From Trueperaceae bacterium (lineage in GTDB: Bacteria; Deinococcota; Deinococci; Deinococcales; Trueperaceae): a DNA stretch of 64,000 nucleotides. Of the stretch, positions 32,921 through 43,560 are shown piece by piece; positions within the stretch are counted from its first letter, which is position 1, and each line of letters begins with the position of its first letter. The position numbers and the translations under genes were made by a program. Location: the NCBI GenBank assembly GCA_965214405.1, contig OZ243956.1, positions 3,616,001 through 3,680,000 of the forward strand, given 5' to 3'. The notes below the pieces were generated by a model. The model was given only the letters and a program-made list of their open reading frames with translations. It did no database searches and was not told the DNA's origin.

Positions 32921-34114
32921 CTAAGGCTTTAGGAGGGCGGCAAAGCTCGAGCCCGCCCCCTCCCACGTTACGTTTAGAAGCTCCGCCACGGTCGCGCCTA
33001 CGTCGGCAAAACCTCTGGTCCCTAGGTTCACACCGGGACGCCCAGGGCTGTAAGCGAGCAGGAGACCGTACTCGCGCGTGTGGTCGGTGCCTTTCCAGGT
33101 CGGGTCGTTGCCGTGGTCCGACACGAAAAAGAGCCAGTCGTCGCTGTTGACGGCGGCCAGAATGTCTTCTAAGCGGCTGTCGGTCTCGAGCAGCGCCTCC
33201 GCATAACCCTGCGGGTCGCGGCGGTGACCGTACAGCGAGTCGAACTCGACCAAGTTGCAGAAGACGAGGCCGCGCGGTCTTTCCCTCATGACCTGAATCG
33301 TCTTCACCACGCCGTCCACATTCGAGTCGGTGTGAACCTCTCTCGTAAAACCGCTGTGGTTGTAGATGTCGGGGATTTTGCCGAGGCCGATAACCTCCTT
33401 GTCGGCCTCTTTGAGCGCGTCGAGCACCGTCGGGTGAGGCGGCGAGAGCGAAAAGTCTTTGCGCGCTTCTCCCAGACGAACAAACGCGCCGGGTTCACCC
33501 TCGAAGGGCCGCGCAATCACTCGAGCCACGGCGTAGTCGCCCCGCAAAATCTCGCGCGCCCCCTCGCACCACGCGTAAAGCGTCGCCAGCGGCACCACGT
33601 CCGTATGCGCCGCCACCTGAAACACGCTGTCGGCGCTCGTGTAAACGATGGGCTCACCCGTTTCTAAGTGCCGCTCGCCAAGCTCTTCGATAATCTGAGT
33701 GCCCGAGGCGGGCCGGTTTGCCAAATGCCCCCGACGGGTGAGCGCGTCAAATTTGTTCATGACCGCGTCCGGGAAACGTGTAAATGTTTTGAAGGGCTGC
33801 GCCAACGGTGCGCCCATGAATTCCCAATGGCCGGTGGTCGTGTCCTTGCCGGGGGAAAGCTCTAAAAGGCGGCCAAAGAAAGCTTTCGGCTCGTCCACCG
33901 CAGGAATGGACGCGACGCCTTCGATGTTGCCGGGGCCCAGCGCCTCAAAGTGCGGCAGCCTCACCCCCGCCACTTCCAGAGTATGGTCAAGCGTGTGCGC
34001 GCCCGCGTCCCCAAACGCGCCCGCGTCGGGTAACGCGCCGACGCCGACGGAGTCGAGGACGATAATCGTTACGGTTCTGGTCATGGTGGAGGATGCGGTG
34101 GAAGTTGCTGTCAT
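32921..34114 (-). CDS. deoB: Phosphopentomutase
   Basis: [47 protein letters not shown]. Confidence 0.95.
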   Translation of the reverse strand: MTATSTASSTMTRTVTIIVLDSVGVGALPDAGAFGDAGAHTLDHTLEVAGVRLPHFEALGPGNIEGVASIPAVDEPKAFFGRLLELSPGKDTTTGHWEFMGAPLAQPFKTFTRFPDAVMNKFDALTRRGHLANRPASGTQIIEELGERHLETGEPIVYTSADSVFQVAAHTDVVPLATLYAWCEGAREILRGDYAVARVIARPFEGEPGAFVRLGEARKDFSLSPPHPTVLDALKEADKEVIGLGKIPDIYNHSGFTREVHTDSNVDGVVKTIQVMRERPRGLVFCNLVEFDSLYGHRRDPQGYAEALLETDSRLEDILAAVNSDDWLFFVSDHGNDPTWKGTDHTREYGLLLAYSPGRPGVNLGTRGFADVGATVAELLNVTWEGAGSSFAALLKP

Positions 34115-34170
34115 AGCGCCAAGTATACGCGTCCCTGGGGAGTTGCCTTTGGGGCGGTCATAATGAGGGG

Positions 34171-35823
34171 GTGATGCGGGAACCTTTGCAGGAGGCTGTG
34201 TTAGAAAGTGTGGCTCGGCTCGAGCCGGAGGCCCGAACGCTGCTCGTCGCCGTGTCGGGCGGCCCCGATTCGGTCGCGCTCCTGCATCTTTTGCTGGAAG
34301 GACCCTACCGGCTTCACGTCGCCCACTTCGACCACGCGCTCCGCCCCGACTCCGCCGAGGACGCCGCTTTTGTGGGGGGTGTGTGCGCCGCCCTCAAGCT
34401 TCCCTTCCACACCACCCGCGCCGAGGTCGCCCGCGTCGCCGCGGCAAAGGGCTGGAACGTCGAGGACGCCGCGCGGCGCTTGCGCTACAGCTTCTTCACC
34501 CGGACCGCCAAGCGCGTGGGGGCCGACGCCGTGGTGACGGGGCACACGAGAGACGATCAAGCCGAAACGGTGCTGATGCAGCTCTTGCGGGGGGCCGCAT
34601 TCTTGAGGGGGATGAGGGGAAAACGGGGCCGGGTTGTTCGGCCCCTTCTGAACGTGGCTCGAGCCGACCTGCTCGCCTACCTTGACGGCATTGACCAGCC
34701 TTACCTCACCGACCCGACCAACGTCGACACCACCCGCACCCGCGCCTGGCTTCGTTATGAGGTGCTGCCCCTGTTACGGTCGCGTTACCCCAACGTTACG
34801 CGCACGCTCGCCGGGCTCGCGGCGCTTCAGCGTGACCAGGAGGCGCATTTTGCGAGGGAGAGTGAAAGCTTTTTGGAGGGCTCGAGCGTCTCCGTAGCTT
34901 CTCTGCAAAAAGCCGACGCCGCCCTTCAACGGCAGGTTGTCGCGCAGCTTCTGATGAGGGCGCATCTTCAACCCGACGCCGCGCATATCGAGGCCGTGCG
35001 GCGCGCATTGAGGCAAGAGCACCCGCAGCGGCTCTCTTTACCCAAAGGCTACGCGGCGCGCGTTGCGTACGGGCGGCTCGAGCTTCTCCCGCCCGCGTCT
35101 CCAGAATCCACCACAAAACCCAAACCCTCCTTTCCGCTCGAGCTGCCGCCCGAGGTGGACCCGGATAGGCTCGAGCCTTTCCTCGACCTCGTTATCCGCA
35201 CGCGGCGTCCGGGTGACCGCGTCCGCCTCTCGGGGGGCGCGAAAAAACTTAGCGATCTGCTCATCGACCGCAAAGTCCCGCGCGAAGACCGCGACGCGCT
35301 CCGGGTGCTCGCCTCAGGTTCGGAGGTGCTGTGGGTAGAGGGGGTGGCGACGGATGTACGGGTGGCGCAGGCGGTGGAGGACGCCGACGTGGGCTGGATG
35401 AAGGAGGCGCTTGTGCGGGCTCGAGAGGCCGCCGCGCGCGGCGAACTGCCCGTGGGCGCGGTGGTCGTCAGAAACGGTAGCATCATCGGCGCGGGTGCCA
35501 ACACGACCGAGGCCGCGCGCGACCCGACGGGGCACGCTGAGCTTCACGCGTTGCGGGCGGCGGGGGCGGCGCTGGGTGACTGGCGCTTAACGGGCTGCAC
35601 GCTCTATGTGACGCTCGAGCCCTGCCCCATGTGCTTCGGCGCGGCCCTGCAAGCGCACCTGCCGCGCCTCGTCTACGGCGCGCCCAACAACCGCGAGGGC
35701 GCGCTGGGCAGCGTGGCCGATCTGCGGGAGGCACCCTGGAAGCGTTCTCTCGAGGTGCGTGGGGGGGTGCTGGGGCTCGAGGCGGGGAGTTTGCTGAGCG
35801 CGTTTTTCAAGTCGCGGCGCTAG
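34171..35823 (+). CDS. tilS: Fused tRNA(Ile)-lysidine synthase and tRNA adenosine-34 deaminase (TilS-TadA)
   Basis: SGGPDS PP-loop and [11 protein letters not shown]-terminal [18 protein letters not shown] deaminase in one frame. Confidence 0.92.
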   Translation: MMREPLQEAVLESVARLEPEARTLLVAVSGGPDSVALLHLLLEGPYRLHVAHFDHALRPDSAEDAAFVGGVCAALKLPFHTTRAEVARVAAAKGWNVEDAARRLRYSFFTRTAKRVGADAVVTGHTRDDQAETVLMQLLRGAAFLRGMRGKRGRVVRPLLNVARADLLAYLDGIDQPYLTDPTNVDTTRTRAWLRYEVLPLLRSRYPNVTRTLAGLAALQRDQEAHFARESESFLEGSSVSVASLQKADAALQRQVVAQLLMRAHLQPDAAHIEAVRRALRQEHPQRLSLPKGYAARVAYGRLELLPPASPESTTKPKPSFPLELPPEVDPDRLEPFLDLVIRTRRPGDRVRLSGGAKKLSDLLIDRKVPREDRDALRVLASGSEVLWVEGVATDVRVAQAVEDADVGWMKEALVRAREAAARGELPVGAVVVRNGSIIGAGANTTEAARDPTGHAELHALRAAGAALGDWRLTGCTLYVTLEPCPMCFGAALQAHLPRLVYGAPNNREGALGSVADLREAPWKRSLEVRGGVLGLEAGSLLSAFFKSRR

Positions 35824-35851
35824 AAGGTGAGACTCAAATCCCACCTCGACC

Positions 35852-35923
35852 AATCCCGACCTTGACACTCGGGATTAAATTTGTCATGATGACAGGTGAA
35901 TTCCGAGCTAGCTACTCGGATTT
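35852..35923 (+). promoter_or_regulatory. Promoter with two 25-bp palindromic operators upstream of the Fe(III)-binding protein gene
   Basis: TTGACA(35862)-N17-CATGAT; AATCCCGA-N9-TCGGGATT and AATTCCGA-N9-TCGGATTT. Confidence 0.7.
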
Positions 35924-35972
35924 GACTTTGTTGCGCCGTCGCCCAGAGGGCGGCGGTAAAAAGGGGAGTTAC

Positions 35973-36992
35973 ATGTCCTTACGACCACTCTTATGCCTGA
36001 CTATTTTTTGCTTCGCGGCGCTCACGGCTCTTGCCACCGCCCAAGAAGTCAACGTCTACTCCGCCCGTCACTACGACAGCGACGTGGCCTTGTACGAAGC
36101 TTTTACGGAGGAGACCGGCATTGAAGTCAATCTCATCGAAGCGGACGCGGACGAACTTATCGAGCGCATCCGGAGCGAGGGGGCCAACTCCCCCGCCGAC
36201 GTGCTCATCACCGTGGACGCCGGGCGGCTCTGGCGCGCCGAGGAGGCGGGGCTGCTCTCGCCGGTCGAGTCCGAGGTACTCAGTGCCGCTGTGCCCGCCA
36301 ACCTGCGTCACCCCGAGGGGGAATGGTTCGGCCTGACTACGCGCGCGCGGGTGGTTGTCTACAACAAAGAAACGGTGGACGAGGGCGAACTGTCCACCTA
36401 TGAGGACCTAGCCAGCGACGCCTGGGAGGGCCGGATCTGCGTCCGCTCTTCGAGCAACGTCTACAATCAGTCGCTCGTCGCCTCGCTCATCGCGGCGAAC
36501 GGCGTAGAGGAGACCGAAAGCTGGGCGGAGGGCCTGGTCGCAAATTTCGCCCGCGAGCCTCAGGGCGGCGACACCGACCAAATTAAAGCCGTCGCCGCGG
36601 GCGAGTGCGACGTAGCCATCGTGAACCACTACTACCTGGCCCGGCTCATCGCCTCGGACGACCCAGCCGATAGGGAAGTGGCCGAAACCGTCGGCATCTT
36701 CTTCCCTAACCAGGACGGTCGCGGCACCCACGTCAACATCAGCGGCGCGGGCGTCGTGGCGAGCGCGCCCAACCGCGAGAACGCGGTGCGCTTCCTCGAA
36801 TTCCTGACCACCCCCGAAGCGCAGGAAGTGTTCGCGGCCGGCTCTTACGAATTCCCCGCCGTTGAGGGCGTGCCCGTCGCGGAGGTGGTGGCGGATTTTG
36901 GCGACTTCACGGCGGACGACGTCAACGTGGCCTTGTACGGCGAAAACAACCCCGAGGCGGTGCGGATTATGGACCGCGCGGGCTGGCGTTAA
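35973..36992 (+). CDS. Fe(III) ABC transporter substrate-binding protein (FutA/IdiA-like)
   Basis: VNVYSARHY, SPADVLITVDAGRL, NVYNQSL, NHYY tandem Tyr ligands, HVNISG. Confidence 0.9.
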   Translation: MSLRPLLCLTIFCFAALTALATAQEVNVYSARHYDSDVALYEAFTEETGIEVNLIEADADELIERIRSEGANSPADVLITVDAGRLWRAEEAGLLSPVESEVLSAAVPANLRHPEGEWFGLTTRARVVVYNKETVDEGELSTYEDLASDAWEGRICVRSSSNVYNQSLVASLIAANGVEETESWAEGLVANFAREPQGGDTDQIKAVAAGECDVAIVNHYYLARLIASDDPADREVAETVGIFFPNQDGRGTHVNISGAGVVASAPNRENAVRFLEFLTTPEAQEVFAAGSYEFPAVEGVPVAEVVADFGDFTADDVNVALYGENNPEAVRIMDRAGWR

Positions 36993-37031
36993 AAAGGTTG
37001 CGTCAAGCGTCAGAAGAAGTTTGTAAAAGGG

Positions 37032-37062
37032 AGAGCGCGAACGTGAAAAGCGTTCGCGCTCT
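37032..37062. terminator. Hairpin after the Fe(III)-binding protein gene
   Basis: AGAGCGCGAACG-N7-CGTTCGCGCTCT perfect 12-bp stem; weak T-tail. Confidence 0.55.
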
Positions 37063-37284
37063 TGCTATACGGATTTTTGACATCCTTCAACAAAGCCTGG
37101 GCCTGGTCCTGCTTGACAACAAAAAGGGTTATGTCAGGTGGGTTCTGTAGAAAAACAATAGCGCCCCCTTAGAATGAAGAGCTTTCAGTCCCTTGTTACC
37201 CGTGGCGTACCAGGAGGCTAATACTTTGATGGTTGCTAAGCAAAAGTATGGACTTTTCTCTCAGTCCTCGTTACTTTTTCGCCC

Positions 37285-37893
37285 TTACTCGTTGGCGACG
37301 GCCTCGAGCAGCGGTATATCCACCAGGGTTATCTTGCCGTAACCCGCGTCAATTGCGCCGCGCCGCGAGAGTTCGCCGACGACTTTGGTTACCGTTTCCC
37401 TAACTGAGCCCACCGCCGCCGCGAGGTCGTCGTGGGTAATATGCACGACCGGCTCGCCGCGTTCGCGCGTGGTGGCGAGCGCGCTGTCTTGGAGGTCCAA
37501 AAGCTCCGCGGCGATGCGCGACTTGAGCCTCTTACCCGAGAGCCTAAAGAGCGACTGGTAGAGTTTTTCAACCGCCTCGACTAAGTGCGCGGTGAGGTCG
37601 AGATTCTCTTCAACGCTCAGGATGGCGGGACTCAAAACTTCGACTTCGCTGCTCGTCACCGCCTCGGCGAAGTAACGCCTCGAGAGCCCGCGCACGGCCT
37701 CCTCACCAAAATAGCCGCCCGGTTTCACGTAACGCAGCGTCAACCCGTTGCCCTCGTCGTCCACCGTATGAATGCGAATAAGGCCCCGCTTAACACGGTA
37801 AATGTTGTCCGGTTCGCCGGGAAAAAGGATGATTTCACCCGGCCCGTAGTCGAGGACGTCCGCGTAGTCGCTCCCCTTCACACTGCCACTCAT
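37285..37893 (-). CDS. ddrI: CRP/FNR-family transcription regulator, DdrI/SdrP-like
   Basis: GNGLTLRYVKPG.YFGEE and THDDLAAAVGSVRETVTKVVGEL..AGYGKITL match Deinococcus DdrI as I recall it. Confidence 0.8.
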   Translation of the reverse strand: MSGSVKGSDYADVLDYGPGEIILFPGEPDNIYRVKRGLIRIHTVDDEGNGLTLRYVKPGGYFGEEAVRGLSRRYFAEAVTSSEVEVLSPAILSVEENLDLTAHLVEAVEKLYQSLFRLSGKRLKSRIAAELLDLQDSALATTRERGEPVVHITHDDLAAAVGSVRETVTKVVGELSRRGAIDAGYGKITLVDIPLLEAVANE

Positions 37894-38096
37894 AGGCTGC
37901 CACTCATAAATCCCCGCTCCCCAAGAACGTTATGGCTGAAAAGCACGTCATCACTCCATCAACTATACTGAGAGCCGTTCCCGCCAAACAACGCTCACCT
38001 TACTAAACTCCGTTTTTTATTTTTGTGGGTCTCGTTCATAAAGAGATGATGAAAAATTGCATTCTGCCGCTCCTTGCGCGCCCGTACACTACCCTT

Positions 38097-38522
38097 ATGA
38101 AGCGCCTCCCCAAATTACGCCCTGTCATGCTAGGGGGGCTCATAGGAATGCTTTTGGTGCCCCTCAGCGCCTGCGCCCCGCGTTCGGCACTCGCGCCCGC
38201 GTTGGTTACCCGCTTCTCAACACAAAACAACCCCATCACGCTCAACGAGGCTAACAAACTCACCGCCTACCCCGGCTCGCAGATCCTCACATTGGAGGAC
38301 ACGGGAGCACGCACCACCGCGCGTTTTTTATCCAACGCTACGCTGTTTACGCTCGAGAGCTATTTCGAGACGCAACTCACAACCGAGGGCTGGCGGCGTC
38401 TAAATTACGACCCGCCCAACAACACGCGCTCGAGCGTCGTTTACAAACGCGCGGGTGAGCGGGTCAGGTTGAAGCTGGCGCTCGAGGACCCCAGTGGACG
38501 CTACCTTTTGACCTTGCGTTAA
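38097..38522 (+). CDS. Hypothetical lipoprotein
   Basis: Lipobox LSAC; TACACT-N6-ATG. Confidence 0.65.
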   Translation: MKRLPKLRPVMLGGLIGMLLVPLSACAPRSALAPALVTRFSTQNNPITLNEANKLTAYPGSQILTLEDTGARTTARFLSNATLFTLESYFETQLTTEGWRRLNYDPPNNTRSSVVYKRAGERVRLKLALEDPSGRYLLTLR

Positions 38523-38557
38523 GCCGACTTTATGTTACTGAACCCTGTGCTAAACGC

Positions 38558-38788
38558 CTAAACCCCGCCCCTTCGAAGGCCGCGAAGCCGGTTTATCGCC
38601 CTGGCGTGGTAGCTCGCGTGCTCCTCGTCGGACATCGGCTTGATGTCGGCCTCACGAATCCACGTTTCCACCTGCTCCACCGAGGTGTTGAGTTCTTCGG
38701 CCAACTCATGAAATCTGTAACTCTGCCGCGATTCGGCGGGGCTCTCGAGCGGGTCCACACGATTGAAATTGTTGTTAGAGCCGGTCAT
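38558..38788 (-). CDS. Small hypothetical protein with HTH-like segment
   Basis: AAAGGAAAGG RBS; FHELAEELNTSVEQVETW HTH-like pattern. Confidence 0.55.
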   Translation of the reverse strand: MTGSNNNFNRVDPLESPAESRQSYRFHELAEELNTSVEQVETWIREADIKPMSDEEHASYHARAINRLRGLRRGGV

Positions 38789-38895
38789 ACCTTTCCTTTC
38801 TCGTCTCCGCAACGCGATGATGGAGTCGGAAAGCTAGTGTAGCGAGCCGGAGGAGGCGAAACTGCGCGCCCGTTTTCAAATGCGCCGCTTTGCCC

Positions 38896-39345
38896 TCAAG
38901 GCTGCTTGGTGATGTCCAACGTGCCTGTTACATAGGGCGTGCAGCCGTTGGATACGTAAGTGCCGCGGAGGGTGTTGTCCGTTCTGGTCGCCTCGACGTT
39001 GTAAACGCACTCGGGCGTCTTGGAGGAGATGAGGAGGGCGCTCAGCAGGGTGTCATAGGTGGGTTGACTCCGCAAAATTCCGTCGTTCGCCGCGCCGCCA
39101 AAGTCAGCCGTCCAGGACCCGCCGAGAACGCGGCTATAGTCGTTACTCTCGGTAATGATGTTGAACGTAATATCCCCTGCGCCGCCGACGCTGTCGTTGA
39201 GCGTGCCCGTCCAGGTGCCCAGGTAGGTGAACGCTTCATCGTAAGGCGGATACGGGTCGATGGGCGGGTCGGAAATCGGACACGCGGTGAGCAGCAAAAC
39301 GGAGACGACGGCGGGGAAAAGTGCGCGCAACTTCAGCATCCTCAT
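38896..39345 (-). CDS. Hypothetical lipoprotein
   Basis: AAAGGAG RBS, lipobox LTAC, GTWTG beta-rich domain. Confidence 0.7.
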   Translation of the reverse strand: MRMLKLRALFPAVVSVLLLTACPISDPPIDPYPPYDEAFTYLGTWTGTLNDSVGGAGDITFNIITESNDYSRVLGGSWTADFGGAANDGILRSQPTYDTLLSALLISSKTPECVYNVEATRTDNTLRGTYVSNGCTPYVTGTLDITKQP

Positions 39346-39424
39346 AACGCTCCTTTAGTAGCTTATTGAACCTGCTTGTTTGCAACTTCATGACGCCTTT
39401 TGTTTTGAACATTACAATACTATT

Positions 39425-41308
39425 ATGTTACTCGCCGCGCTGCAAGAAGCTGAAAAATTTTACGGTGAACAGACGGTACTGGGCGGCGTCACCTTCGAGG
39501 TCCGCGCGGCCTCGAGGGTCGCGCTCATCGGGCGCAACGGCGCGGGCAAGTCGACCATCCTGCGTTTGCTCATGGGGGAGGACGTGCCCGACGGCGGCTC
39601 CGTCTACCGCCGCGACGGCGTCACGGTGGCGATGCTTAAGCAAGACCCGCAGTTCGAGGCGGGCTCGAGCGTGCTGGAGGTGTCGGAAAAGGCTTTCGGC
39701 GAGCTCGACGCGCTAGAAAAAATCCTGAGCGGGCTCGAGCACCAGGGCCTCGACAAACCCGAGGTGTTCGAGCGTTGGGAGCGGGTTCATGAGACCTTTG
39801 AGCGGCGCGGCGGTTACGAGCGGCGCGCGCGGCGTGACGCGGTTTTGTACGCGCTGGGCTTTCGCGGGCGCGAAGGAGAAAGGGCGGAACGCCTCTCGGG
39901 GGGCGAGAAAACGCGGTTGGGTCTGGCGCGCCTGCTCATGGCGCAGCCCGATGTGCTCCTTTTAGACGAGCCGACTAACCACCTAGACATCGCCATGCGG
40001 GAGTGGCTCGAGGGCTACTTGGGCCGCTACCCCGGCGGCGTGGTGCTGGTGTCGCACGACCGCGCCTTTATGGATGCGGCGGGCTCGAGTACCGCTGAAA
40101 TCGCCTTCGGCACGCTCCGCACTTTCGACGGTCCGCCGAGCCGGTACCGCGAGTACCGGGCCGAGCAACTGCGCATCGAGGCGGCGACGCGCAAGAACCA
40201 GGCGCGCGAGCACGAGCGTTTGGAGGAGGCGGCCTCCCGCATGAAAGCCTGGGCGGGCCAGAACGAAAAATTGCACCGCCGCGCCAAGGCGATGGAGCGG
40301 CGCGTCGAGCGTTATGAAAATGAGATGATGGGCGAGGCCGAACGCGAGGCGCGCACCACCCGCTTCTCATTCCCCTGCGACGAGAGCGGCGACATCGTGT
40401 TGCAGGCGGACGGACTGAGTAAGGGTTTTGGCGAGCGCACGCTTTTTGAAGATGTTTCGTTTACCCTGCGGCAGGGCGAGCGCATCGCCTTAGTAGGTCC
40501 CAACGGCGCGGGCAAAACGAGTTTCCTGCGGGTGCTGCTGGGTGACGCCTCGAGTGACGACCCCGCGGCCCTTCTACGTTACGGCGCGCGGGTGCGCGTC
40601 GGCTACTACGACCAGGAACTGCGGGGCGTGGACCCCGAGCGCACGCTCATCGAGGAGATGATTCGCTTGGTGGGCGACGTGGAGGCGCACAACCTGCTGG
40701 GCCGTTTTCTTTTCCCCTACGACGCGCAGTACAAGCACATCAGCGACCTCTCAGGCGGCGAAAGGGCGCGGCTGGCGCTTCTCAAACTCACGCTGGGTGA
40801 GTACAACTTTCTAATTTTGGACGAGCCGACGAACCACTTAGACGTGGAGATGATCGAGGCGCTCGAGGACGCCCTCAACGCTTTTGAAGGCACGCTCCTT
40901 ATCGTCTCGCACGACCGTTCTTTTATCCGCAAGACGACGGAGCTTGTGTGGGAACTGCGGGGGGGCTTCACCGCCTTTGACGGCCCCTGGGACTACTACC
41001 AGCGCAAGCGGCAGGAGGACGCGCAAGCCGAGGCGGCACCCGTTTCGCCGTTACCTCTAAAAAAGGAGCCAAAGCCAAAAGGTCCTTCAAAGTGGCAGCT
41101 CGAGCGTGACCTAGAAAGTTTAGAAAAAAGGATTGAAACGCTCGAGGCCCGCCTTGCCGACATCGGTGACCGGTTGAGCCGGTCCGCGGGGCTCGAGCCC
41201 GAAAAGATAGGTCAGTTGGGCAAGGAGCACGCCCGAGTAGAGGAGGAGCTGCTTGCAGCGATGGCGGCTTGGGAAGAAACGACGGAAGAGCTGAGCGTCA
41301 AAAGTTAA
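39425..41308 (+). CDS. ABC-F family ATPase (Uup/YheS-like)
   Basis: Two NBDs (GRNGAGKS, GPNGAGKT; LSGGE; LDEPTNHLD x2), no TM, C-terminal coiled coil. Confidence 0.92.
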   Translation: MLLAALQEAEKFYGEQTVLGGVTFEVRAASRVALIGRNGAGKSTILRLLMGEDVPDGGSVYRRDGVTVAMLKQDPQFEAGSSVLEVSEKAFGELDALEKILSGLEHQGLDKPEVFERWERVHETFERRGGYERRARRDAVLYALGFRGREGERAERLSGGEKTRLGLARLLMAQPDVLLLDEPTNHLDIAMREWLEGYLGRYPGGVVLVSHDRAFMDAAGSSTAEIAFGTLRTFDGPPSRYREYRAEQLRIEAATRKNQAREHERLEEAASRMKAWAGQNEKLHRRAKAMERRVERYENEMMGEAEREARTTRFSFPCDESGDIVLQADGLSKGFGERTLFEDVSFTLRQGERIALVGPNGAGKTSFLRVLLGDASSDDPAALLRYGARVRVGYYDQELRGVDPERTLIEEMIRLVGDVEAHNLLGRFLFPYDAQYKHISDLSGGERARLALLKLTLGEYNFLILDEPTNHLDVEMIEALEDALNAFEGTLLIVSHDRSFIRKTTELVWELRGGFTAFDGPWDYYQRKRQEDAQAEAAPVSPLPLKKEPKPKGPSKWQLERDLESLEKRIETLEARLADIGDRLSRSAGLEPEKIGQLGKEHARVEEELLAAMAAWEETTEELSVKS

Positions 41309-41433
41309 GAGGGCCGGAGTGGTTCAGCCCTCTCTACGTCACAAGTTTTTACTCTTTACTCGGTCCTCGGTACTCTCTTGCTTCCCTACTCCCCAGCCAA
41401 CGATAGCGTCAGCATCACCCAAACCCCTCGGTT

Positions 41434-43413
41434 TTACTGCGGAATCACCAGAATCAGCCCCACATCGACCATGTCCGGGTCGGTCATGAGGTAATCGTTG
41501 GCCGCCAAGATGTCCGTCCAGCGGTTGCCGTTGCGGTAGTAAAAGTTGGCGATGCTCGAGAGTGAATCACCCGTCTGCACCGTATAGATACCCCGCGCGT
41601 TGGTGAGCTGAGCAACTATATTCTGCGCGCTCGTAAGTTGCTGCTGGAGGTCACCAAGTTCGGTGCGCTGGTTCTCATCGACGGTGCGCCCGCGGTTGGT
41701 CGTCCGGAGCAGCGCCTCGTACTCTTCTGCGACTGAAGCGGCGCGTTCTTGGGCGCGCTCGAGTTGGTTGGAGGCGGGCTCTAAACGCTGCTCGACCGTC
41801 GCGTCTTGATTGTCGAGCGCGTTGAGCTGGTCTAGCAGGGCGTCACGCTGGCTTTGGGCGCTCTCTAATTCGCTTTGCAGGTCCGCGCTCGCCGTTTCTC
41901 TCTCGGTAAGCCCCGCCTGCGCCTCGCTCAGTTGCGCTTGTAAGTCGTCGCGTTCGCTCGCGGCGCTTTGGGCTTGTTCTTGCGCGCTAGCGAGTTCCTG
42001 AGCCTGAGATTGCGCCTCGTCCTGCGCCGTCTGCAACGCGGCCTGGCTCTCGGTAAGTTGCGCCTGCAAGTCGTCGCGCGCCGCCTCCATAGCCTGGCTT
42101 TGCTCGCGCGTGGCGGTGAGTTCGTCGTTGAGCGCCTGCGCCTCGCCCTGCGCCGTTTCCAGCGCGCTCTGGTCGCGGGTAAGCTGCGCTTGCAAGTCGT
42201 CACGCTCCGTTTCCAAAGCCTGACCCTGCTCGCGGACGGTGGCAAGTTCGTCTTGAAGCGTCTGCATCTCGCTCTGCGCCTGCGAAAGTTGCGCCGCGCT
42301 GTCGTCACTCTGTGCGCTCAAGGTTTCCACTTGCGCTTCTAGGCCCTCTTTTTGCTCCTGAAGCGTGGCGAGGTCTTCTTGCGCCGAACTCAAACTGTTC
42401 TGCGTCTCCTCGAGTTGCTGCTCCGCCTCGCCCTGTGCGCTTCGTGCTGCCTCTAAGTCAGCCTGCAAACCCTCGCGCTGCGTCATTCCTTCGTCAAGCT
42501 GCGCTTGCAAATCATCACGCTCGGCTTGCATATCGCTCAAGGAGGTTTGCGCGGCCTCAAGCTCACTCTGAAGGTTTTCGCGTTGCGCGGTCTCTTCATC
42601 AAGCTGCGTTTGTAAGGCGTCTCGCTCCGTCTGCGCCTCGTTTAGATTCGCTTGCGAGGTCTCGAGCTCGCTCTGAATCTCTTCACCCTGCGCGGTCTCT
42701 TCGTCAAGCTGCGTCTGTAAATCGTCGCGCTCGGTTTGCGCCTCGTCTAGGGCCGTCTGTAGTGTCTCGAGCTCACTCTGGAGGTTCTCACCCTGCGCGG
42801 TCGCCTCGTCAAACTGCGTTTGCAGCGTGTCGCGTTGCGTTTCCGCCGCCTCGAGCCGACCCTGAAGCGCCTCGTTTTCCCCCGTTTGGGTGCTCAACTC
42901 TTCTGTGAGATTCGACGCTGCCGTAAGCGCCTCATCCCTCTGGGTTACAGCGTCCTCGCTCTCCTGACGGGCGGTCTCGAGCGCGGTCTGGAGTTCCTCA
43001 ACGCGCGCCTGCAACGTGTCTATCTGGATGTTTGCCGCCTCGAGTTCGGTTTGCTCCGGGGTTTGCGCCCCGCCTGTGGCTGCGCCACCCGTGACCGAAC
43101 CGCCTGTCACGGCCCCGTCTGTTACCGCGCCACCTGTAACCGCCCCGCCCGTTTGCTCCTGCATCATGCCCAGTAGCGTGTCGACGCGCAGGCTTAGCAC
43201 CTCTACGTTCTGGCGCACGTCGTCTGAGCTCGAGCCGGAGGCGTGGTCGAGTTGCATCCCCAAATCGTTTAGGGTGCCTTTTAATTCCGAGAGCAGCGGC
43301 ACCAGCGCGTCTTGGGCGCTTCCCGTCTCTACCGCCGATTGGGCTACCGATTGAGCCGCAGCCACCGGCGAGACGAGCAACAACATCCACAACGTTAACT
43401 TCAACTTTTGCAC
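41434..43413 (-). CDS. Secreted long coiled-coil protein with C-terminal LysM domain
   Basis: GGAGG before GTG 43413, signal peptide, heptad repeats, YTVQTGDSLSSIA..LILVIP LysM. Confidence 0.85.
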   Translation of the reverse strand: MQKLKLTLWMLLLVSPVAAAQSVAQSAVETGSAQDALVPLLSELKGTLNDLGMQLDHASGSSSDDVRQNVEVLSLRVDTLLGMMQEQTGGAVTGGAVTDGAVTGGSVTGGAATGGAQTPEQTELEAANIQIDTLQARVEELQTALETARQESEDAVTQRDEALTAASNLTEELSTQTGENEALQGRLEAAETQRDTLQTQFDEATAQGENLQSELETLQTALDEAQTERDDLQTQLDEETAQGEEIQSELETSQANLNEAQTERDALQTQLDEETAQRENLQSELEAAQTSLSDMQAERDDLQAQLDEGMTQREGLQADLEAARSAQGEAEQQLEETQNSLSSAQEDLATLQEQKEGLEAQVETLSAQSDDSAAQLSQAQSEMQTLQDELATVREQGQALETERDDLQAQLTRDQSALETAQGEAQALNDELTATREQSQAMEAARDDLQAQLTESQAALQTAQDEAQSQAQELASAQEQAQSAASERDDLQAQLSEAQAGLTERETASADLQSELESAQSQRDALLDQLNALDNQDATVEQRLEPASNQLERAQERAASVAEEYEALLRTTNRGRTVDENQRTELGDLQQQLTSAQNIVAQLTNARGIYTVQTGDSLSSIANFYYRNGNRWTDILAANDYLMTDPDMVDVGLILVIPQ

Positions 43414-43560
43414 GTGTTTACCTCCCTGGTAAGTTTTGCCCATTCTAACGCGAACGCGACCCCTTTTGGCGAGACCCCCTTTGGAGGGTGCGCTCAACCC
43501 TACGAACTCGTGCTATACAATCTACCTATACAAGAGACCCGCAAACGGAAGAGGTGAAAT

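Noticed and set aside
37063..37284. Hidden gene or RNA in the AT-richer gap between the Fe-binding gene and ddrI
   Set aside because: No convincing ORF, stem or motif found by eye
41900..42850. DNA-level mobile or DGR-type repeat
   Set aside because: Repeats are in-frame 105/126-bp protein repeats with synonymous divergence; no reverse transcriptase is present
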